Assembly: GCA_031367385.1 (NCBI GenBank)
Contig: JANLPS010000355.1
Location: 1 to 24,842, forward strand
Reading direction: 5' to 3'
DNA: 24,842 bases
Source: Archangium sp.
Lineage (GTDB): Bacteria > Myxococcota > Myxococcia > Myxococcales > Myxococcaceae
Position numbers and translations under genes: made by a program. Positions within the stretch are counted from its first letter, which is position 1. Each line of letters begins with the position of its first letter. Shown one piece after another: positions 1-8,166 of this stretch. The notes below the pieces were generated by a model, which searched no databases, was not told the origin of the DNA, and was given only the letters and a program-made list of their open reading frames with translations.

Positions 1-89
1 AGCTCACCCTCGGGCTCGTGTTCTTCGGCGAACGCGACCGCGCCCGTCAGGCACACCAGCAGCGAGAGCAATTTCGAGTATCTGCGCAT
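1..89 (-). CDS. atpB: Probable F0F1 ATP synthase subunit a, N-terminus (partial, runs off the window edge)
   Basis: ATG at 89 gives MRRYSKLLSLLVCLTGAVAFAEEHEPEGE..., a signal-peptide-like then acidic/His N-terminus. It lies 2 bp after two atpI-like genes, the usual position of atpB. Identity rests on context only. Not in the ORF track. Confidence 0.55.
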   Translation of the reverse strand, partial: MRRYSKLLSLLVCLTGAVAFAEEHEPEGE

Positions 90-91
90 GA

Positions 92-385
92 CTACCTTTT
101 TGTTTTCGTCCACAAGACCGCTTCGAACGCGACGCCTACCAGAAACGAAAAGACCACTCCGAGCCCAAACGAATGGCTGTCGTGCGCGCCGAAAATCGAC
201 AGCTTTGGCGCGAGCAGTAGCAATACCAAGCGGCACGTAAATGCAATGACAAAGACGCTCAGCACCACGATGGTCGCCAACTGGGTATTCGTACGACTGA
301 AAAGCAGCATGACCCCCACTTCGAGCGCCAAGAGCACGAGCGAGCAGCCCGCTCCGGTCAGCCCTGAGCTCAGCGCCTCGGTCAT
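92..385 (-). CDS. ATP synthase protein I-like membrane protein (97 aa)
   Basis: ATG at 385 overlaps the upstream stop (ATGA). MTEALSSGLTG...VAFEAVLWTKTKR is hydrophobic throughout with 3-4 TM segments and lies between the atpZ-like gene and the putative atpB. Confidence 0.55.
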   Translation of the reverse strand: MTEALSSGLTGAGCSLVLLALEVGVMLLFSRTNTQLATIVVLSVFVIAFTCRLVLLLLAPKLSIFGAHDSHSFGLGVVFSFLVGVAFEAVLWTKTKR

Positions 386-657
386 GGGCTCGGAGGCTTG
401 TCGCTGGGCGGGGTCTGCGTCGATTTGATCTTCGAGGCGGTGTAGCTGAAGACCGCGAGACCAATGATGCCGCCGATGACCGGGCCCCAGATCACGCCCT
501 GGCCCTTGGTGGTGACGCCGAAGTGGTCCAACCCGTAGCCGATCAACGAAAAAGCGATCACCGCCGACACCAGTTGGCTCAGTGCGTTGAAGGCCGGAGC
601 CGTCTGCCGAGCCACCTTGGCCTCGGGTGAGAGCTGCTTGTCGTCGTCTTGGCTCAC
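382..657 (-). CDS. AtpZ/AtpI-family (ATPase gene 1) two-TM protein
   Basis: Pattern LVSAVIAFSLIGYGLDHFG...WGPVIGGIIGLAVF matches the GxxLD-loop-TM hairpin of this family. It is the first gene of the atp operon. Confidence 0.7.
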   Translation of the reverse strand: MSQDDDKQLSPEAKVARQTAPAFNALSQLVSAVIAFSLIGYGLDHFGVTTKGQGVIWGPVIGGIIGLAVFSYTASKIKSTQTPPSDKPPSP

Positions 658-750
658 GTGAAACCGAAGGCGCTACCAGAGCAGTCTGGGCGCGGCAACC
701 TTCGAATGGAGGCCCTACTTCGCTTGTTGGGTGCGGTTGGCGTTCGTGGT

Positions 751-756
751 TAGAGT
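751..756 (+). promoter_or_regulatory. Putative -10 element (TAGAGT) of a leaderless grpE transcript
   Basis: TANNNT hexamer 7 nt before GTG 764, with no Shine-Dalgarno sequence in between. Confidence 0.4.
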
Positions 757-763
757 CGCCCGC

Positions 764-1516
764 GTGAGTCATACCCCCGACGACAGCGGCAAGTTCGAAA
801 CGCACATCGGCCAAGACGTGATCAACGAGGCCCTCAAGAGCGTGGCGAAGGCCAAGGCGGTCACTCAAGGCGTCGAGGTGCCCCTCGAAGGTCAGGTGCC
901 GTACGACGAAGAGCCGACCCAGGTGGGGCCGGCCCAGATACCCGAGCTCGATTCATTGCGCACCGAGCTCGAGATGTCGCAGGGCCGCGGGCGTGACCTG
1001 ATGCAGAAGCTCAAAGACGAGCACGAGAAGATGCTGCGGGCCGCGGCCGACCTCGAGAACTTCAAGAAGCGCGCGCAAAAAGAAAAAGAAGAAGTGCAGA
1101 AGTACGGGGCCGAGAAGCTGCTCAAAGACTTTCTGCCCATCTTCGACAACTTCGACCGCGCGCTCGAGCACGCCAAGGGCCCGGGCGACTTCGAGAGCCT
1201 AAAGAAGGGCGTCGAGATGATGCGCAAGCTCTTCGAAGACACGCTGGGCAAGCACAACGTCAAGTCGTTCAGCACCAAGGGCAAGCCGTTCGACCCGACC
1301 CTGCACGAGGCGATGACCGCGGCCGAGACGACCGAGCTGCCGCCCAACCACGTGCACACCGAGGTGCTGCGCGGCTTCACCTTGAACGACCGCCTGGTGC
1401 GCCCGGCGTTGGTGATCGTCTCGAAGGCCCCGGCGGTCGCCGCGGCGGCTGAACCGGCGGCGGCCGAGGCACCTGCGCCCGCGGCTGACGACGCTGCGAA
1501 GCCCTCCGAGTCTTAA
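764..1516 (+). CDS. grpE: Nucleotide exchange factor GrpE
   Basis: [37 protein letters not shown] and [14 protein letters not shown] motifs; directly upstream of dnaK. Start taken at GTG 764 (the track uses 731). Confidence 0.95.
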   Translation: MSHTPDDSGKFETHIGQDVINEALKSVAKAKAVTQGVEVPLEGQVPYDEEPTQVGPAQIPELDSLRTELEMSQGRGRDLMQKLKDEHEKMLRAAADLENFKKRAQKEKEEVQKYGAEKLLKDFLPIFDNFDRALEHAKGPGDFESLKKGVEMMRKLFEDTLGKHNVKSFSTKGKPFDPTLHEAMTAAETTELPPNHVHTEVLRGFTLNDRLVRPALVIVSKAPAVAAAAEPAAAEAPAPAADDAAKPSES

Positions 1517-1568
1517 GCGCTCCTGGGGCCACGACTTTGAAACTTTTTTACGTCTCGTTGAGGGGGCT

Positions 1569-3419
1569 ATGGGAAAAGTAATCGGCATTGATCTGGGCAC
1601 GACGAACTCATGCGTCGCGGTGATGGAGGGCGGGGAGCCGGTCGTCATACCCAACAGCGAGGGCAGTCGAACCACGCCGTCGATGGTCGCCTTCACCGAT
1701 TCAGGTGAGCGCCTGGTCGGGCAGATCGCCAAGCGGCAAGCGGTCACCAACCCCGAGAACACCGTCTACGCGGTGAAGCGGTTGATGGGCCGGCAGTTCG
1801 ACTCGGCCGAGTCGAAGCGCGCGACCACGATGGTGCCGTACAAAATCGTGGCCTCGCCCAACGGTGACGCCTGGGTCGACATTCGCGGCAAGCAGCACAG
1901 CCCCCCCGAGATCTCGTCGATGGTGCTGGTGAAGATGAAGGCCACCGCCGAAGACTATTTAGGAGAGGCGGTCACCGAAGCGGTGATCACGGTGCCCGCG
2001 TACTTCAACGACGGTCAGCGCCAGGCCACCAAAGACGCCGGCCGCATCGCAGGTTTGACCGTGCTGCGCATCATCAACGAGCCCACGGCCGCAGCGCTCG
2101 CGTACGGCCTCGACAAAGACGACCAGACCAAGAACGAGAAGGTCGCGGTCTACGATTTGGGTGGCGGCACCTTCGACGTTTCGATTCTCGAGCTCAGCTC
2201 GGGCGTCTTCGAAGTGAAGTCGACCAACGGCGACACCTACCTGGGCGGCGAAGACTTCGACAACAAGCTCATCGACTGGTTGGCCGAGCGCTTCAAGACC
2301 GCCAACGGTGGCATCGACCTGCGCAAAGACCGCATGGCCCTGCAGCGCCTCAAAGAGGCCGCCGAGCGCGCCAAGCACGAGCTGTCGAGCGCGAGCGAGA
2401 CCGAGCTCAACCTGCCCTTCATCACCGCCGACGCGTCGGGCCCCAAGCACTTGCAAGAGACCGTCAACCGCCAGACCTTCGAAGAGCTGGTCAAAGACCT
2501 GATCGACCGCTCGGTCGAGCCGTGCCGCACCGCGCTCAAAGACGCCCGGCTCGAGGCCAAGCAGATCGACCAGATTCTGTTGGTCGGTGGCATGACCCGC
2601 ATGCCGGCCATCGTTGCCAAGGTGAAGCAGATCTTCGGCAAAGACCCGCACAAGGGCATCAACCCCGACGAGGTCGTCGCCATCGGCGCCGCGATTCAGG
2701 GTGGCGTGCTCAAGGGCGAGGTCAAAGACGTCTTGCTGCTCGACGTCACGCCGCTCTCGCTCGGCGTCGAGACCGCTGGCGGGGTGTTCACGAAGATCAT
2801 CGACAAGAACACCGCCATTCCTTCGAAGAAGTCGCAGGTGTTCTCGACCGCGACCGACAACCAGCCGTTGGTGTCGGTGCACGTGCTCCAGGGTGAGCGC
2901 GAAATGGCGGCTGACAACAAGACCTTGAGCCGCTTCGAGCTGGTTGGCATACCCCCCGCGCCGCGTGGCGTGCCGCAGATTGAAGTGAGCTTCGACATCG
3001 ACGCCAACGGCCTGGTGCACGTGTCGGCCAAAGACCTCGGCACCGGGCGTGTGCAGCAGGTGCGCATCGTCTCGAACTCCGGCCTGACCGAGGCCGAGAT
3101 TCAGAAGATGGTGAACGAGGCGACCTCGAACCTCGACTCTGACAAGAAGAAGAAAGAGCTCGCTGACCTGAAGAACAACGCCGACGGGTTGATGTACACG
3201 ACCGAGAAGTCGATTGAAGAGTACGCCTCGCTGCTCTCTGACAAAGACAAAGACGAGATCAAAGCCGACCTCGAGAACCTGAAGAAGCAGCTGACCACCC
3301 TCGACCCTCCGAAGATTCGCGACGCCATCAAGCAGCTCGAAGGCTCGGCCTACCGAATCGCCGACGCGATTTATTCAGCAGAGACCAAGGCCGCCGAGGC
3401 CACGGCAGCGAAGAAATAA
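1569..3419 (+). CDS. dnaK: Hsp70 chaperone DnaK (resembles Myxococcus SglK type)
   Basis: [60 protein letters not shown] and [11 protein letters not shown] motifs. SD-like GAGGGGG upstream. The short C-terminus lacks the acidic DAEFEEV tail. Confidence 0.98.
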   Translation: MGKVIGIDLGTTNSCVAVMEGGEPVVIPNSEGSRTTPSMVAFTDSGERLVGQIAKRQAVTNPENTVYAVKRLMGRQFDSAESKRATTMVPYKIVASPNGDAWVDIRGKQHSPPEISSMVLVKMKATAEDYLGEAVTEAVITVPAYFNDGQRQATKDAGRIAGLTVLRIINEPTAAALAYGLDKDDQTKNEKVAVYDLGGGTFDVSILELSSGVFEVKSTNGDTYLGGEDFDNKLIDWLAERFKTANGGIDLRKDRMALQRLKEAAERAKHELSSASETELNLPFITADASGPKHLQETVNRQTFEELVKDLIDRSVEPCRTALKDARLEAKQIDQILLVGGMTRMPAIVAKVKQIFGKDPHKGINPDEVVAIGAAIQGGVLKGEVKDVLLLDVTPLSLGVETAGGVFTKIIDKNTAIPSKKSQVFSTATDNQPLVSVHVLQGEREMAADNKTLSRFELVGIPPAPRGVPQIEVSFDIDANGLVHVSAKDLGTGRVQQVRIVSNSGLTEAEIQKMVNEATSNLDSDKKKKELADLKNNADGLMYTTEKSIEEYASLLSDKDKDEIKADLENLKKQLTTLDPPKIRDAIKQLEGSAYRIADAIYSAETKAAEATAAKK

Positions 3420-4876
3420 TGCTCACCTTCGACTCGCTCGAGGAAGAAGTTCGTTTTCTTCGCGGGTTGGTCGCGGTGCAGCGCATGGCCGACGAGGTGC
3501 TTGAAGACTGCATCGAGCGCAACCTGGGGCTCGCGGCGGCGGCCGACGTGTTTCTCACCCAATGCGCGCGCATGATTCACGCCAGCGGCGCGTTTCTGCA
3601 GGTGGTCGGGTCTGACGGCCCGGCGCTGACCCGGGTCTGGGGCAGCGAGTACATCGACGTCACCGGGTGGTCGCAGGTCAAGGGCGCGCAGGCGTTGCCC
3701 AGTGACAAGACGGTGTTCGTCGCCCAGCTCGACATCGGCAGCATTCAATTGGGGTGCCTGGGCTTCGTGCTCACCGGGCACTTCTCTGACGGCGGCGCGC
3801 AGGTCATCGAGCTCGTCAACGCGATCGCCGAGATGTTCGACAGCACGGTGCTCTCGTTCATGGCGCTGACCGAGGGCCAGACGGTGCTCGAGCGGCTCAG
3901 TGAGCTTGGGCACTCAGGGGAGTTCGCTCCGCACGCGCGCATCGGCAAGTACGAGCTGCTCAACCCGCTGGGCACCGGTGGCATGGCGCAGGTGATGGTG
4001 GCGCGCACGGTGAACCCGGGCGGCGTGTCTCGGCTGGTGGCGCTCAAGCGCATCTTGCCGAAGTTGGCCGAAGACGAGGCCATCGTTCATCAGTTTCTCG
4101 ACGAGGCGAAGCTGGGCATGCGCCTCAACCACCCCAACCTGGTCACGATCTTCGATTTCGGCCAGGCCGGGGGCAACTACTTCTTGGCGATGGAGCTGAT
4201 TCGCGGCGTCGACTTCGACCACATCGTGTACTGGCCGCACGGGCCGCTGGCTCCGGCGCTGGTGACCGCGGTGCTCTCGCAGGCGCTCGAGGGGCTGCAC
4301 GCGGCGCACGAGCTGCGGGGCGATGACACCTTGCCGCTGGGGCTGGTGCACCGCGACTTGTCGCCGCACAACATCATGGTGGGCTTCGACGGGCGGGTGA
4401 AGATTCTCGACTTCGGAGTCGCCAAGATGCGCGACCAGCGCACGGTGACCTTGCCGGGCATCGTGAAGGGCAAGCCGCTCTACATGTCACCCGAGCAGGC
4501 GACGGCCGAGCGGGTCGACCGGCGCAGCGACATCTTCGCGATGGGGTTGATTCTGTACGAGGCCATCGTCGGGTCGCGTGCGTTCGACCGCCGTGACGAC
4601 ACCAAGACGATGGAGGCCATCGTCAACGAGCAGCTCCCCAAGCCGCCCAACGTGCACGCGGCGCTGTGGGTGGTCATCGCCAAGGCGCTGCAGAAGCTGC
4701 CCGAGAACCGGTACCGCAACGGGCTCGAGATGGCGCAGGCGCTGCGTGAGGCGGTCGAGCCGATGAAAGATCACGAGCTGGGTACGCTGGTAGCGTCGCG
4801 GTTCGCGCGGCGGGTCTCCGAGGTCGCCCAGTGGGAGCAGACCAAGAACCTGCTCGCCTCGAAGCGAAAGAAGTGA
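3419..4876 (+). CDS. Cytoplasmic Hanks-type Ser/Thr protein kinase with an N-terminal GAF-like sensor region
   Basis: LGTGGMAQV, VALK, HRDLSPHN, DFG, GKPLYMSPEQ and SDIFAMG motifs; no TM segment. TAATG overlap with the dnaK stop. The GAF-like call is a weak pattern match. Confidence 0.9.
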   Translation: MLTFDSLEEEVRFLRGLVAVQRMADEVLEDCIERNLGLAAAADVFLTQCARMIHASGAFLQVVGSDGPALTRVWGSEYIDVTGWSQVKGAQALPSDKTVFVAQLDIGSIQLGCLGFVLTGHFSDGGAQVIELVNAIAEMFDSTVLSFMALTEGQTVLERLSELGHSGEFAPHARIGKYELLNPLGTGGMAQVMVARTVNPGGVSRLVALKRILPKLAEDEAIVHQFLDEAKLGMRLNHPNLVTIFDFGQAGGNYFLAMELIRGVDFDHIVYWPHGPLAPALVTAVLSQALEGLHAAHELRGDDTLPLGLVHRDLSPHNIMVGFDGRVKILDFGVAKMRDQRTVTLPGIVKGKPLYMSPEQATAERVDRRSDIFAMGLILYEAIVGSRAFDRRDDTKTMEAIVNEQLPKPPNVHAALWVVIAKALQKLPENRYRNGLEMAQALREAVEPMKDHELGTLVASRFARRVSEVAQWEQTKNLLASKRKK

Positions 4877-5310
4877 AGCTCGCGTGGGTCGTGTTGCTGG
4901 CCGCGTCGTGCACCGAGAAGACGCGCACGACAGACACCAGCTCGAAGACGCTCGGTTCATCGGCCGCCCGGAGTGCCTTTCTCTGCGCGTATGCGCTGTG
5001 CCCGACAGTGCCGAAAGACGCGGCGTTTCACGTGGTGTTTCATGACAATTCCCGCGGGTTGATTTCGGGGCCGAGCGACGGCGAGACCGTGGCGGTGGTG
5101 AAGATCGACCCTGATCAGGCCGAGCTGTGGACGCGGGGGTGCGAGCCACGGGTGCTCGAGGCGAGGCCCCAGTGGGCGAAGCCGTTGCTGGCGGAGCGGC
5201 CGGAGTGGGCCTTGAAGTCGCCGCCCGATGCGTACGCGTGCGGGGAGGATGAGACCCGGCTGATTCACGTGAAAGAGGGCTTCGTGCTCTGGCGGGTGGT
5301 GGCGCGCTAA
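4873..5310 (+). CDS. Hypothetical lipoprotein (145 aa)
   Basis: GTG at 4873 overlaps the kinase stop (GTGA). MKLAWVVLLAASC is a signal peptide with a lipobox-like Cys; several further Cys residues follow. Confidence 0.6.
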   Translation: MKLAWVVLLAASCTEKTRTTDTSSKTLGSSAARSAFLCAYALCPTVPKDAAFHVVFHDNSRGLISGPSDGETVAVVKIDPDQAELWTRGCEPRVLEARPQWAKPLLAERPEWALKSPPDAYACGEDETRLIHVKEGFVLWRVVAR

Positions 5311-5386
5311 CGACCGCGTTAGTTCTCACTCTGCGGCGTTCTCGAGCGTGCACGTTTCGCGTCCTGAGCGTTTAGAGCGGACGGCG

Positions 5387-5520
5387 CGGATCTACGCATA
5401 TGGTGGCGGGTCTGCGGACGGCGCTCGTGGGTCTTGGCGACGTGCTTGCGGTCTCGGGTCGGAGCTCGCGGGTCTCGGGGGCGGCTCTTGCGGGTCTCGC
5501 AGCGGCTCTTGCGGGGGTGT
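5387..5520. repeat. Degenerate ~21-bp tandem repeat (about 6 units)
   Basis: G(G/A)TCT cores at 5389, 5409, 5430, 5450, 5471 and 5493 (spacing 20-22 bp). The last two units are nearly identical (CGGGTCTCG...GCGGCTCTTG). Confidence 0.7.
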
Positions 5521-5523
5521 GCA

Positions 5524-5596
5524 ACCGAGACCTTCGGTAACGGTGTGAGGTCCGAGTCTCGGTGACCGAGGTGTTGGCAGCGGTGTCCGAACTCGG
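5524..5596. repeat. Cluster of short CCGA/TCGG palindromes
   Basis: ACCGA-n5-TCGGT at 5524-5538, CCGAG-T-CTCGG at 5552-5562, CTCGGT-G-ACCGAG at 5558-5570 and CCGA-AC-TCGG at 5587-5596. Confidence 0.5.
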
Positions 5597-5602
5597 GGTG
5601 AG

Positions 5603-5881
5603 GTGCTGTCTCTCACGCGAGATCAATTTCTGAACGACGTCGAAAAGGTGCTCGGGCCCGCCGCGCTCGCGTCGCTCACCGAAGAGCAGACCAACTTCTT
5701 CACCTACGTGTACTTCAACGCCGGGCCCGGGTTCGGCCTGCGACGCGTCAAGAACGAGGGCCTCGACTACTTCAGCCCGCAGACCGCCCCTGAAAACATC
5801 ATGAACGCGCGAAACAACGCGCTGATTCGCGTCGAGACCGCAAACGTCATTCAAAAACTGAACATCTTCCCCCCGGTTTAG
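5603..5881 (+). pseudogene. Probable 3' fragment of a lysozyme-like/lytic transglycosylase gene
   Basis: Host-like codon usage and YVYFNAGPG resembling the SLT AYNAGPG motif. In-frame stop at 5546-5548, and no catalytic N-terminal motifs or signal peptide. Confidence 0.4.
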
Positions 5882-6381
5882 CGCTTCGACTTCTTGCCCG
5901 GCTTCTTCTTCGGAGCGGCCTTCTTCGCCGTCACTTTCTTCGCCGAGACCTTCTTCTTCGCCACCGCCTTCTTCACGGGCGCGGGCGCAGGCGCGGGCTT
6001 CTTCGCGGTGGCCTTCACCGCCGGCGCGTGAATCACCGCTTCAATCGGGTGCCCATTGAGCGGGTCGATCACGAACGCGCCGTAATAATTCGGGTGGTAC
6101 TCGGCGCGAACGCCCGGAGCCCCGTCGTCTTTCGCGCCGCTCATCAACGCCGCCGCGTGAAACGCATCGACCGCCGCTCGCGACTTGGCGGTGAACGCCA
6201 CGTGCTGCGGAGTCGTGCCGGCCGGTGCCTGCTTGAGCCACAGATACGGCTTGGTGTCGCCGAAGCCGACCAGCGTGCCGAACTCCATCAGCGGGTGAAA
6301 GCCCAGCGGAGCGAGCACCGTGGTGTAGAACTTCTTGCTCGCTTCGTAATCAGAAACCGAAATCGTGAAGTGGTCGATCAT
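5878..6381 (-). CDS. VOC/glyoxalase family protein with a Lys/Ala-rich C-terminal tail
   Basis: MIDHFTISVSDYEASKKFY, HVAFTAKSRAAVDAFH, DDGAPGVRAEYHPNYYGAFVIDP and GHPIEAV motifs. Start at ATG 6381. Confidence 0.9.
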   Translation of the reverse strand: MIDHFTISVSDYEASKKFYTTVLAPLGFHPLMEFGTLVGFGDTKPYLWLKQAPAGTTPQHVAFTAKSRAAVDAFHAAALMSGAKDDGAPGVRAEYHPNYYGAFVIDPLNGHPIEAVIHAPAVKATAKKPAPAPAPVKKAVAKKKVSAKKVTAKKAAPKKKPGKKSKR

Positions 6382-6422
6382 ACAAAGCGGTTTGCTCGAC
6401 CCGGCGCGCGCGAGCAAGCGAA

Positions 6423-6599
6423 TTACCGCTCCAGCGACAGCTCCTGCAGCAGCTCGAGGTCGGCCGACGACTCGAGGTTCTCGAGCAGCTCGAGGTTGTT
6501 CACCACCTCGACGTCTTCTGCGCGCACCACAGGCCCTGGAGGCGGCATGCCCCCGTCGAGCGACAGCGCGAACACCAACTTCACCAGCAGCGCGCTCAT
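6423..6599 (-). CDS. Small acidic, probably exported protein (58 aa) resembling the anti-sigma tail
   Basis: ATG 6599 overlaps the upstream stop (TGATG). Hydrophobic N-terminus MSALLVKLVFALS is followed by PPPGPVVRAEDVEVVNNLELLENLESSADLELLQEL. Confidence 0.65.
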   Translation of the reverse strand: MSALLVKLVFALSLDGGMPPPGPVVRAEDVEVVNNLELLENLESSADLELLQELSLER

Positions 6600-7078
6600 C
6601 ACTGGCGGCGGCGCTCCTTGAAGCGCTCGCGGGCCTCCTGCCGTTGCTCGGTCGACATCTGCCGCCACCGCCGCAGGTTTTCGCGCATCTGCTCCCGCGC
6701 GTCGGGGTGCGACTGCAGCCAGCCCTTCATCTGCTGCCGGAGCTCCTTGCGCTGCTCGGGCTCGAGCTTGCGAAAGTCCTTGAATCGCTCCCGCAGCTCT
6801 TGACGCTCGGAGGGCGCCAACTTCATGAAGCTGCGCAGGTTCTCACGCACGCGCTCTTTGTCTTCGGGGGGCAGCGTTCGAAAGCGCTCGAGGTTGCCCT
6901 TGATGCGAGCCTGCTCATCGGGCGGCAGCGCCTTGAACGCCCGAAGCTTCTCGCGCAGCGCCTCTTTCTGCGCCTCGGGCAGCGCGTTGAAGCGCTCGAG
7001 GGCCGAGGGCTCGGCCGCCACCGTCTCGGCCTGCGCCAGCCCGCTCACCACCAGCATCGACAACACGAGAGTTTTCAC
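6599..7078 (-). CDS. DUF3106-like periplasmic helical repeat protein
   Basis: Signal peptide MKTLVLSMLVVSGLAQA followed by ~18-aa repeats F/WxxLP/SxEx(K/R)xxLxE; Arg/Lys/Glu-rich; downstream of the anti-sigma gene. Confidence 0.8.
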   Translation of the reverse strand: MKTLVLSMLVVSGLAQAETVAAEPSALERFNALPEAQKEALREKLRAFKALPPDEQARIKGNLERFRTLPPEDKERVRENLRSFMKLAPSERQELRERFKDFRKLEPEQRKELRQQMKGWLQSHPDAREQMRENLRRWRQMSTEQRQEARERFKERRRQ

Positions 7079-7560
7079 GGCGTCTTCCCTTCGTTCTGCT
7101 CATTCAGCCCCGCCACCACGTCGAGGTCGCCGGCTTTCTCGAGGCCCACCAGGTCGAGGTCTTCGACCAGCTCCATGTTCTGGGCGAGCACCAGCTGCTC
7201 TTCACTCTCGACGGGCCCGACCGGGCTGCTCACGTCACGCCCGCGCACCACCACCAACGCCGCCAGGCCCGCCATCGCCAACGCGCCCACCGGCACCAGC
7301 CGCCCCGGGGTCAAAAAGCCGCGCACCCGTTCACCCAAGGTCGGCACTTCGACCTTCGAGAGCACCGAGCGGCGCAGGGAGCGCGAGGGCTCGAGCACCG
7401 GCACCTGGGCCATCAACGCCACGGTGCGCCGCAGCTGCTGCTCGAGTGACTTGAGCTTGGGGTTGGCGGTCAGCTCGAGCTCGACAGCCTTGGCGGTCTC
7501 GGGGTCGAGCTCGCCATCGATGTACGCGGTGAGCTCTTCAGTCCAATCGCGGCTGTTCAT
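7075..7560 (-). CDS. Single-TM anti-sigma factor (degenerate zf-HC2-like N-terminus)
   Basis: EELTAYIDGELD anti-sigma domain motif, PSRSLRRSVL, TM segment LVPVGALAMAGLAALVVV and an acidic tail. ATGA overlap with the ECF sigma gene. Confidence 0.85.
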   Translation of the reverse strand: MNSRDWTEELTAYIDGELDPETAKAVELELTANPKLKSLEQQLRRTVALMAQVPVLEPSRSLRRSVLSKVEVPTLGERVRGFLTPGRLVPVGALAMAGLAALVVVRGRDVSSPVGPVESEEQLVLAQNMELVEDLDLVGLEKAGDLDVVAGLNEQNEGKTP

Positions 7561-8165
7561 GCGACGCTCCTTCCTGAAGCAGAGAGGCCCGCCTGCAGGG
7601 CCTCGACGTGTTGCATCACCTGCACGGTCGCGCGGTGAATGAGTGATTTGACCGCCGACTCAGACGAGTCGAGGCTCGCGGCGATGTCTCGGTACGCCAT
7701 GCCCTCGAAGCGGCACATGGTGAACGCCGCCCGCTCGCGCTCGCTCATGCCGCCCATCGCCTTCATCACCGCGGTCTCGAGCTCACGGCCCTCGAGGGCT
7801 TGATCAGGCGCCTCACCACCGGGCTCGCGCTCGAGAATGCTGGGGGCGTCAGGGGTCATCGTCGCTCCTTCGAGCTGCTCGTGCTTGAAGTCGCCGCGAC
7901 GCACTTCATTCAGACAGTGATTGGTGGCGATGCGAAACAGGTACGTCTTGAACTTGGCGCTGGGCTGATACGACTTCGCGCTGCGATACAGCTTCACGAA
8001 AATGTCTTGAGCGAGCTCTTCAGCGCGCGCCCGGGTGCCAACGAAGCGGTAACAAAACCGCACCACGCTGGCCTGGTGCCTGTCGAACAGGGTGGCGAAG
8101 GCCTCACGGCGGCCTTGGCCAACCTGCTGCATCAAGCGGGAGTCATCATCGGCCTGCACGAGCAC
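7557..8165 (-). CDS. ECF RNA polymerase sigma-70 factor
   Basis: Region 2 (AFATLFDRH, AEELAQDIFVKLY, FKTYLFRIATNHCLN) and region 4 (ERAAFTMCRFEGMAYRDIA...AVKSLIHRA). The true start may be GTG 8159. Confidence 0.95.
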   Translation of the reverse strand: MLVQADDDSRLMQQVGQGRREAFATLFDRHQASVVRFCYRFVGTRARAEELAQDIFVKLYRSAKSYQPSAKFKTYLFRIATNHCLNEVRRGDFKHEQLEGATMTPDAPSILEREPGGEAPDQALEGRELETAVMKAMGGMSERERAAFTMCRFEGMAYRDIAASLDSSESAVKSLIHRATVQVMQHVEALQAGLSASGRSVA

Positions 8166-8166
8166 G

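Noticed and set aside
1535..1565. Sigma-32 or sigma-E promoter before dnaK (TTTGAAACTT)
   Set aside because: Only a -35-like element; no CCCCAT or TCTGA-type -10 at the correct distance.
5307..5326. Intrinsic terminator CTAACG-accg-CGTTAG
   Set aside because: A weak 6-bp stem overlapping the stop codon with no real U-run; not supportable.
5318..5350. CIRCE element (TTAG..CTC...GAG)
   Set aside because: Poor match to TTAGCACTC-N9-GAGTGCTAA, wrong spacing, and located downstream of dnaK rather than upstream.
5387..5600. CRISPR array
   Set aside because: Units are ~21 bp, degenerate and contiguous, with no unique spacers and no cas genes in the window.
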